Shown here: positions 11,770-18,261 of the stretch, in pieces
How the letters are laid out: the number at the start of each line of letters is the position of its first letter
Position numbering within the stretch: position 1 is the stretch's first letter
Assembly: GCA_049423385.1 (NCBI GenBank)
Contig: JBMSQQ010000065.1
Location: 1-20,147 of the forward strand
From: Silvanigrellaceae bacterium
GTDB taxonomy: Bacteria > Bdellovibrionota_B > Oligoflexia > Silvanigrellales > Silvanigrellaceae
Reading direction: 5' to 3'
DNA length: 20,147 bases
Program-made: the position numbers and the translations under genes
The notes under the pieces: model-generated
Seen by the model: the letters and a program-made list of their open reading frames with translations, nothing else
The model's database searches: none
What the model was told of the DNA's origin: nothing

Positions 11770-12300
11770 CCTGATTCATCCACACCACCGTCTTCTTCTC
11801 TTTAAAGAAGAATTTTTTAATCTGTTTGAGTAGTTGAAGTAGTAGGTGAGCCGTTTTTTTGTGGAAAAGCCACCGGAATTGATTCAACATACTGAAACAA
11901 AAAGATTTTTTATTGAAAATAGATGTTGATAGCCTGTGGACACATGGGTTGAAAACCTGTTCATGCAAAGGGAAATCTGTTGATAAGTATTTGTCTTATT
12001 TTGTGGCACCCAAAGTTGTCCACCGAGGGTCCACAGGTCATCCACAGCTTCTCAACATTGCCAAAATTTCGAGCTTGGATTTGTCCGGAGGTATCACGGT
12101 CGTTGGTTTATGCACAGGCAGTTGTGGATAATTCATTATTGACCATGCCCAGGTCCAATTAACTAACATAAATGACAGTAAAAAAACGTTTTACCCGGAT
12201 TTTGAGCAGTGTGGATAACCAGATTAAGGCACTAAGATTTTAACTTTTATTGAAAAGAGTTTTGTTGACAGAGTGTGGATAACCTGTGGATAGAGCGGAA
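11770..12300. other. oriC: Chromosomal replication origin oriC
   Basis: AT-rich non-coding gap (11697-12323). Perfect TGTGGATAA at 12123, 12210 and 12274; TTATGCACA at 12108; near-matches at 11776, 11860, 11924, 11935, 11978, 12016, 12027, 12038, 12049, 12263, 12285. Most genes point away from it on both sides. By eye the + strand is C-richer to the left and G/T-richer to the right. Confidence 0.9.
11791..11868 (-). promoter_or_regulatory. Basal unwinding system: DnaA box, GC-rich spacer, DnaA-trios, AT-rich DUE
   Basis: Minus strand reads TTTTCCACA-AAAAAA-CGGCTCAC-CTACTACTTCAACTACTC, then an AT-rich tract. + strand 11828-11845 is GAG TAG TTG AAG TAG TAG, resembling the Bacillus subtilis trio run. 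Confidence 0.7.
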
Positions 12301-12323
12301 GTCACAGTCCAGGAGCCGGGCCC

Positions 12324-13481
12324 ATGACTCTTCTTCTCAATAATGACATCGATCAATCCCTCGAGGCTGCGGCCGAGCACATCAGACATGGTGGGCTGGT
12401 CGCATTTCCAACCGAGACGGTTTACGGCTTGGGGGCGGACGCGCGACATGCACAGGCTGTTCGTCGCATTTATGAGGTCAAACGTCGGCCGGCAACAGAT
12501 CCGCTCATCGTCCATGTTCCTTCGGTGGAATTTGCTGAGGAAATGATCGACCCACGTCGAACCAGCACCTGGCAGCGTTCTGCCTTGAGAATTCTCGCAG
12601 ACGCCTTTTGGCCCGGTCCGCTGACCCTGATTCTTCCCGCCCACCCCGAAAACATTTCTTTTGACGTCACATCTGGAACCGGTTTGGTGGGACTGCGTCG
12701 TCCCGCACATCCTTTGGCCCAGAAATTTCTCGAGCACTGTCGGATTCCTGTGGCAGCCCCGAGTGCGAATTTGTTTGGTCATGTGAGCCCTACAACAGCC
12801 GAACATGTTCTGGCTGATTTTCCCCATGTGGATAACTTGTGGATATTGGATGGTGGCAGGTGTGGTTTTGGAATCGAGTCCTCGGTTGTCCGCCTCAATG
12901 AAGATGAGACAGTTGATGTGTTGAGGCGGGGTGGCGTGGGTCCCGCCCGGTTGATGCAAATACTTCGGGATACTGGTTTGTCTGACAGACCCGAGACGTC
13001 CGTTCGGGTGTTGGAACGTTTTGTAGAAGATTCCTCATCAACAACGCCGCATGCAGCTCCTGGACAATTGTTGGTTCATTATGCTCCGCGGATTCCAGCG
13101 AGCATGGTCTCGATTGAAGAACGGGCAGTCGTAGGTCAAGCAAATACATTGGTTTCAGAGGATAAACTGAAGAAGACCATTGTTTTGGATTTTGGAAGTC
13201 AACTCAATGGATTGTCCCGAAGGGTTGGTTTTTATCGAAATTTGAGTTCGGTCGGTGATTCACGCGAGGCCGCATATTCTCTGTTCGACGCGCTGCGTTG
13301 GGCTGAAAATTGTGCGCCTGAATCTGGACAATTGTGGATCTTCAACCCCAAGGACATCAATCACCATGGTGATGAATTGTTTTTGGCATTGCAGGACAGG
13401 GTGATTCGGGCGGCTTCAGGTTGCTCAACAAAACTGGTGGTTACACCAGATTTTGGTCCAATTTACGCTTCAATTCGCTGA
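12324..13481 (+). CDS. tsaC: L-threonylcarbamoyladenylate synthase, two-domain Sua5 type (t6A biosynthesis)
   Basis: GGLVAFPTETVYGLGADA, KxRPxxDPLIVH, FWPGPLT, AAPSAN, GIESSVV, linker APGQxxxHYAP, SUA5 domain (LFDALRWA...DRVIRAA); AGGAG SD. Confidence 0.93.
   Translation: MTLLLNNDIDQSLEAAAEHIRHGGLVAFPTETVYGLGADARHAQAVRRIYEVKRRPATDPLIVHVPSVEFAEEMIDPRRTSTWQRSALRILADAFWPGPLTLILPAHPENISFDVTSGTGLVGLRRPAHPLAQKFLEHCRIPVAAPSANLFGHVSPTTAEHVLADFPHVDNLWILDGGRCGFGIESSVVRLNEDETVDVLRRGGVGPARLMQILRDTGLSDRPETSVRVLERFVEDSSSTTPHAAPGQLLVHYAPRIPASMVSIEERAVVGQANTLVSEDKLKKTIVLDFGSQLNGLSRRVGFYRNLSSVGDSREAAYSLFDALRWAENCAPESGQLWIFNPKDINHHGDELFLALQDRVIRAASGCSTKLVVTPDFGPIYASIR
12827..12846. promoter_or_regulatory. Tandem DnaA-box pair inside the sua5/tsaC coding sequence
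   Basis: TGTGGATAA (12827-12835) and TGTGGATAT (12838-12846), with the same orientation and 11-bp period as the pair at 12274/12285. Confidence 0.55.
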
Positions 13482-15057
13482 CGATGGCCCGGGTTGAAGC
13501 GTCTTTTTCTATGAGCTCCCTCACCTTCTCAACAGCATGCATCACAGTGGTGTGATTGCGTTTTCCAAATGCTTCGGCAATTTCTGTAGTGGCCGAGCCA
13601 AGCAGTTCGCGGCTCAGGTACATTGCGATATGCCGCGGTACGACCAGTCGTTGAGAGCGATCCTGCGACATCAGCTCGGTGAGCTTAATTCCAAAGTGCG
13701 AAGCAACGGCTTTTTGAATTGCTGAAAGATCCAATGATTGAGCTGGAACCCGGATGATTCTTCGCAGGTGTGCATTGGTGGATTCAATCGTTGGAGGAGC
13801 CCCGGTCATGCTTTGTGTCATCGCAAGATTGTTGAGGATGCCCTGAATCTCGCGAACATTGCTTTTCACATGGGTTGCAATGTGCAGAACAATGTCGCGC
13901 GTGAGTTTAAGCGACAATACTTTGGCCTTGGTTTCAATAATCGCAACCCGATCTTCAAAACCCGGTGGTTCGATGTCTGCAATCAAGCCTTGAAGAAACC
14001 TGCTTTTCAAGCGTTCTTCGATGTTGGGAATGTCCTTGGGGTATTTGTCTGAAGTGATTACAATTTGCTTGTTCTTCTGAAAGAGATCGTTGAAGGTGTG
14101 AAAAAACTCAAGTTGAGTGGAGTCTTTGCTTTCCAGAAACTGGATGTCATCAACCAGCAAGACGTCAACATGATTGTATCTCATTCTGAAATCGTCCTGT
14201 TTGTAAAAACGAATCGATTGAATGAGTTCGTTCATGTAGTCCAAGCTCGTCACATATTTGATATTCCAGCCCGGATGTTGTCTTAGAATTTCGTTGCCCA
14301 CAGAGTGGAGCAAATGGGTCTTGCCCAAACCGGTAGCACCGTAAATAAACACAGGGTTTGTCAAATTTCCCGGATTTTTGGCGATCGCCTCGCATGCAGA
14401 ATAAGCGATCAGGTTGCTCTGGCCTCGCACAAAGGTTGTGAAGGTCAATTCCGGATTCAGGGATCTGTTGGATTCGGATGAAGGTTGATGACGGGGTTCG
14501 CTGTCATCAATCATCGAAATCGGAGTGATGTTCAATGGGGTCGAAATCTGCCCGATGTTCTTTGAAGCTTGCAATGTGGTGGATGACTTCGGTTTTTCAT
14601 GCTGCGTCGTGGTTGGTGGAGTTGATTCCGTCTTCACGACATCGGTTTTCAAGGGCGGCTTTTGCACCTTGGCGGCTTTGTTCGTGGTTTTGAGAATGGC
14701 TTTCTTCGACAAATCCTCGGGCATTTCAAAAAGCGGCAGTGTTTCGGTCGACCGCACATTTTTGTTTCGTTTTGAAACAGCGGGTGAGGCCTTCGGTTCC
14801 GAATCCGAGCGGACGTAAAATTCAATATCCTGCCCCCAGACCTGTTTCGCCACTTCGATAATTTCGTTCATCTTGGCGCTGACAATGAGTGCGCCGTGGA
14901 ATTGGCTTTTGCAGTCGGCAATGACAGTTGTTCCTTCCATCTTTACCGGAATCACCTGACTGGCGATGGAATGGGCAACGGCATCCCCCAGTCCCAATGA
15001 AATGAGACGAGCTTTGAGTTTTTCAAAGAAAACTTCCGATTTTGCTATCGACACCAT
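13441..15057 (-). CDS. dnaA: Chromosomal replication initiator DnaA
   Basis: FxxFVxGxSN, Walker A YGATGLGKTHLL, Walker B LLVDDIQF, EFFHTFN, RLKSRF, NVRE, domain IV RNHTTVMHA; long domain II linker. Confidence 0.97.
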   Translation of the reverse strand: MVSIAKSEVFFEKLKARLISLGLGDAVAHSIASQVIPVKMEGTTVIADCKSQFHGALIVSAKMNEIIEVAKQVWGQDIEFYVRSDSEPKASPAVSKRNKNVRSTETLPLFEMPEDLSKKAILKTTNKAAKVQKPPLKTDVVKTESTPPTTTQHEKPKSSTTLQASKNIGQISTPLNITPISMIDDSEPRHQPSSESNRSLNPELTFTTFVRGQSNLIAYSACEAIAKNPGNLTNPVFIYGATGLGKTHLLHSVGNEILRQHPGWNIKYVTSLDYMNELIQSIRFYKQDDFRMRYNHVDVLLVDDIQFLESKDSTQLEFFHTFNDLFQKNKQIVITSDKYPKDIPNIEERLKSRFLQGLIADIEPPGFEDRVAIIETKAKVLSLKLTRDIVLHIATHVKSNVREIQGILNNLAMTQSMTGAPPTIESTNAHLRRIIRVPAQSLDLSAIQKAVASHFGIKLTELMSQDRSQRLVVPRHIAMYLSRELLGSATTEIAEAFGKRNHTTVMHAVEKVRELIEKDASTRAIVSELKRKLDQNLV

Positions 15058-15140
15058 AGTCTCAACTCATTCACGGCACTTGTTTGCGGAAGGGGCAGGG
15101 GCCGGATTGTGCAGAGGGCAATGAAGGAGGTCAAGTCCGA

Positions 15141-15392
15141 ATGGGAAAACTTCTTATCTGGTTCGGAATTCTTTACGGAAACTTGTGTGCCTTGGTGGGG
15201 CTGGCGGTGGTTGTTGTGTGGTGGACCAAACAACCTGGGGGCCAACAGTTTTGCGAAAGTCTTGGCCTGGGAATCGCAGCTTGCCGCAGTGGCCTGATGT
15301 TGGCCGATATTTTTGTGATGGGCTTGGCGACGTTCATGAGTTTTCGCAGGTTGGCTGCGGTAAGGCGTCAATTTGACAAGACTCGTGATTAG
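15141..15392 (+). CDS. Small two-TM membrane protein, positional AtpZ/ATPase gene 1-like
   Basis: AAGGAGGT SD at 15124-15131 before ATG 15141; 83 aa; two hydrophobic segments and a basic tail; first gene before atpB. The family call is positional inference. Confidence 0.55.
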   Translation: MGKLLIWFGILYGNLCALVGLAVVVVWWTKQPGGQQFCESLGLGIAACRSGLMLADIFVMGLATFMSFRRLAAVRRQFDKTRD

Positions 15393-15448
15393 TGGGAGCG
15401 GCTCGCAGGAGAGAGCTTGAAGTCGGTGGAAAGAGGGTAAGAAATATC

Positions 15449-15709
15449 ATGGGTGATTGGTGGTTTTTGCTGCTGTCTGCCTTTTCTGGGGGTGTGGTTG
15501 CTGTGGGCCTGTTTATCCAGGTTGCAGCGGTGACTCGGCAACGCCGCACTTTCAAGGGAGTTTTGTTGAAATTTCTGGGACTTGTACCGCTGCTTTTTGC
15601 GGTCTGGGGTGCGCGCGAGCAAATCTATGTTGTATCGGGACTTTTTTTTTCCACAGCGCTGATATTTCTCGTTTTCCTCACGCTTGCACGCAACAAGCTT
15701 CTGCGCTAG
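15449..15709 (+). CDS. Small membrane protein, AtpI-like
   Basis: 86 aa from ATG 15449 (GTG 15392 alternative); three hydrophobic segments, basic loop and LLKFL; immediately upstream of atpB. Confidence 0.55.
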   Translation: MGDWWFLLLSAFSGGVVAVGLFIQVAAVTRQRRTFKGVLLKFLGLVPLLFAVWGAREQIYVVSGLFFSTALIFLVFLTLARNKLLR

Positions 15710-15770
15710 GAACCTGACGCTGATTTGTTAAATCACTTGAAGATTCACCTTGAAGTCTAATGGAGAAAAC

Positions 15771-16619
15771 ATGAGTCGCTTTCTCAATGCGTGGCTCACT
15801 TTGGTTGCGGTTTTTGCCGCGTCGATTTCAATTCCTGCGCTGGCAAGTGGTGGTGGTCTCCAGATCATCTCTTGGTATGCGGTTATCGCCGAAGGCATTC
15901 ACGAAGCTTTGGGACTTTCAATTGATCCTGCCCAGCTGACTGAAATTGTTTCTTCAGCGGCTGCGTTTTTGATTGTCACCTCGGTTGGATTGTTTGCCGG
16001 ATTCTACAAGTTGAAACCCGAGGCAATGTCTGACGAAGAATTGCTGCCACCGAAGTCATTCGGAATCCGTGCGTTTGTTGAAATGTGCTGGGGCGTCATC
16101 AGCAACACTCTGGAAAAGATCATTGGCGATAAAATGTGGGCCCACTACGCACCATTGTTGGGTGGCACTTTCTTCTACATCATTTGCTCCAATCTTTCCG
16201 GTCTCATCCCAGGATTCCCTCCCGCAACCGAGTTCATCAGCCAGAATGCGGCTATGGCTTTGGTCATTTTCATTGCCTTCAACTACGTTGGTTTGAAACA
16301 CGCAGGCTTTAGTTACATCAAACATTTGTGCGGGCCTGTTCTTGCACTTGCACCTTTGATGCTTGTGATCGAAGTGATTGCGCTTTTGGCGCGTCCGGTG
16401 TCATTGAGTCTTCGCCTTTATGGAAACGTCTCCGGTGACCACATGGTCTTCAATGTGTTTTCGACATTGATGCGCGACTTCCATATTCCGTTTGTGCCGA
16501 TTCCAGGCGCGCTGCTGACCTTTGGTTTGTTGGTCGCTTGTTTGCAGGCATTTATTTTCATGACCCTGAGCTCAGTCTACGTTCGTTTGTCATTGGATAC
16601 GGCCCATCACGACCATTGA
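15771..16619 (+). CDS. atpB: F0F1 ATP synthase subunit a
   Basis: SNLSGLIPGF, IEVIALLARPVSLSLRLYGN (essential Arg), LQAFIFMTLS; GGAG SD before ATG 15771. Confidence 0.95.
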   Translation: MSRFLNAWLTLVAVFAASISIPALASGGGLQIISWYAVIAEGIHEALGLSIDPAQLTEIVSSAAAFLIVTSVGLFAGFYKLKPEAMSDEELLPPKSFGIRAFVEMCWGVISNTLEKIIGDKMWAHYAPLLGGTFFYIICSNLSGLIPGFPPATEFISQNAAMALVIFIAFNYVGLKHAGFSYIKHLCGPVLALAPLMLVIEVIALLARPVSLSLRLYGNVSGDHMVFNVFSTLMRDFHIPFVPIPGALLTFGLLVACLQAFIFMTLSSVYVRLSLDTAHHDH

Positions 16620-16852
16620 TTCATGCAGCGAGACTGGTTTTGGTATTGCGCGCAGCTTCCGCCTTTCTTTCGGCCCTCGACGGGAGGCCAGAGTTGCATC
16701 AAGCGCGTTTCCCTTTCCGAACGGAAAGGATTTTGGGGCCGGCGAATGAGTTTGTTTTTCAGGGACTCACATCGTCTGTCGTCACCCACCTTGGATGACT
16801 TCAAGGGGCCGGTGATTGGTGAGGGTGAAGTTTGGATTTTTTGAGGTGTTCA

Positions 16853-17167
16853 ATGAAATTTTCTCGTTTTGCTTTGATTGCTGCCAGCCTTCTTGCTTCC
16901 GCTCCTGCATTTGCTGAAGAAGCTGCAGCTGCTTCTGGTACTTACGGCGGTGAACTGCGCGCAATCGGTGCAGCACTGGCAATCGGTCTTGCTGTTATTG
17001 GTGGTACATCCGGTCAGGGACGTGCTGCTGCAGCTGCATACGAAGGCATTGGCCGCAACCCACAGTCGGCTGAAAAGCTGTTCACACCCTTGATTCTTGG
17101 TCTGGCTCTGATCGAGTTCCAAGCGATCATGGCGTTCATTATCGCGATCCTTTTGGCAACCAAGTAA
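16853..17167 (+). CDS. atpE: F0F1 ATP synthase subunit c with N-terminal leader
   Basis: Gly/Ala stripe GAALAIGLAVIGGTSGQG, loop GRNP, carboxylate in LALIE; GAGGTG SD before ATG 16853. Confidence 0.95.
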   Translation: MKFSRFALIAASLLASAPAFAEEAAAASGTYGGELRAIGAALAIGLAVIGGTSGQGRAAAAAYEGIGRNPQSAEKLFTPLILGLALIEFQAIMAFIIAILLATK

Positions 17168-17194
17168 AGACGAAATTGCGGTGGGGCATTTCTC

Positions 17195-17223
17195 TTGACA
17201 ATTGCTTGAGGCGTGGTTAATCC
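17195..17223 (+). promoter_or_regulatory. Candidate promoter for tRNA-Lys
   Basis: Perfect TTGACA at 17195-17200; weak -10 (TAATCC at 17-nt spacing) just upstream of the tRNA. Confidence 0.4.
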
Positions 17224-17235
17224 CACGTTTTGTGT

Positions 17236-17311
17236 GGAGGGTTAGCTCAGTTGGTAGAGCAAGAGACTCTTAATCTCTTGGTCCGGGGTTCGAGCCCCCG
17301 ACCCTTCACCA
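17236..17311 (+). tRNA. tRNA-Lys (anticodon CTT)
   Basis: Full cloverleaf: acceptor GGAGGGT/ACCCTTC, D arm GCTC/GAGC, anticodon arm AGAGA-CT-CTT-AA-TCTCT, T arm CGGGG-TTCGAGC-CCCCG, discriminator A, encoded CCA. Confidence 0.96.
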
Positions 17312-17319
17312 TCCTCTAG

Positions 17320-17346
17320 AAACCGCCTTTTGGGCGGTTTTTTTTT
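17320..17346 (+). terminator. Rho-independent terminator after tRNA-Lys
   Basis: AAACCGCC-TTTTG-GGCGGTTT followed by a T run. Confidence 0.85.
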
Positions 17347-17367
17347 GCCCTCAGGGGATATGATTGA

Positions 17368-18261
17368 ATGTATCGTGGCCGCTTTGCTCCTACACCTTCG
17401 GGCGATCTTCATTTGGGTTCGCTGGTCACTGCTGTGGCCAGTTATCTGGATGCCCGCGCTGCAGACGGGGAATGGCTGCTCCGCATTGAGGACATTGATG
17501 TTCATCGCTGCAAGTCGGAGTTTGAAGACAACATCAAACACGAATTGGAACGGCACGGCCTGCATTGGGATGGACTGGTCGTTCGGCAAAGTGATCGGCA
17601 GGAATATTATTGGCAGGCTTTGAATCATTTGAATCAAAATGGGGAAATCTACGTTTGTCATTGCAGCAAGGCGAAGCTGACGCGCCGAGGCTGCGTGAGA
17701 AACGACGAAGGTGAATTTGTTTATCCTGGTTTTTGTCGCTCCTTGAATCCAAAACCCATGCCGCAAGAAATCTTGCAGGGAGCGTGCTCTGTTCGCTTGT
17801 GTGTGAGTGAATTCGAAAGTGTCTTTGTTGATCGTTTGCAGGGCTTGCAGCGCACGGTTGTTGCGCGTGAAGTTGGAGATTTTGTTGTCAGGCGAGCGGA
17901 TGGCTGTTTTGCATATCACCTGGCTGTTGTGGTTGATGATGAGTTGCAAGGTGTGACGCATGTTGTGCGGGGAAATGACATTCTGCCGCTGACAGCGCGC
18001 CATTTGTTGTTGCAACGTTCACTTTCCTACAGAGTGCCATCATACCTTCACGTTCCTGTTGTCTTGTCTCCGGAAGGCACAAAACTCAGCAAACGCGATT
18101 CGGCAGTCGCTCTCAAGACAACCGACGCACGAGACAATTTGTTCAGGGCAATTCGGCATTTGGGCATCGAGCTTCCAATTGAATTGAATCGCGCTCCCGC
18201 GTCCGAAATAATTCGAGAGGCAATTTGGCGTTGGAATAAAAAATCAGATGACTGTTTTTGA
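17368..18261 (+). CDS. gluQ: Glutamyl-Q tRNA(Asp) synthetase
   Basis: YRGRFAPTPSGDLHLGSL..A.ASYLDAR, WLLRIEDID, Zn ligands CHC...YPGFC, DFVVRRADG, AVVVDD, VVRGxD, KLSK. 297 aa with no anticodon-binding domain. Confidence 0.92.
   Translation: MYRGRFAPTPSGDLHLGSLVTAVASYLDARAADGEWLLRIEDIDVHRCKSEFEDNIKHELERHGLHWDGLVVRQSDRQEYYWQALNHLNQNGEIYVCHCSKAKLTRRGCVRNDEGEFVYPGFCRSLNPKPMPQEILQGACSVRLCVSEFESVFVDRLQGLQRTVVAREVGDFVVRRADGCFAYHLAVVVDDELQGVTHVVRGNDILPLTARHLLLQRSLSYRVPSYLHVPVVLSPEGTKLSKRDSAVALKTTDARDNLFRAIRHLGIELPIELNRAPASEIIREAIWRWNKKSDDCF

Noticed and set aside
11591..12162. Small ORFs (60-116 aa) across the origin
   Set aside because: Their content (VDK, VDN, VIH, LST) is simply translated DnaA boxes; no coding signal.
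11900..12300. Origin repeats as a CRISPR array or plasmid iterons
   Set aside because: Repeats are 9-mers matching DnaA boxes, with no repeat-spacer structure and no cas or rep genes.
12240..12959. 239-aa minus ORF opposite sua5 running into oriC
   Set aside because: Antisense shadow of sua5; ends within the DnaA-box array.
17242..18015. 257-aa minus ORF over gluQ and the tRNA
   Set aside because: Overlaps a bona fide tRNA, terminator and gluQ.
17236..18261. tRNA-Lys as GluQ substrate or as an integration site
   Set aside because: GluQ acts on queuosine of tRNA-Asp, and a strong terminator separates the two genes. No integrase or duplicated tRNA 3' end was seen.
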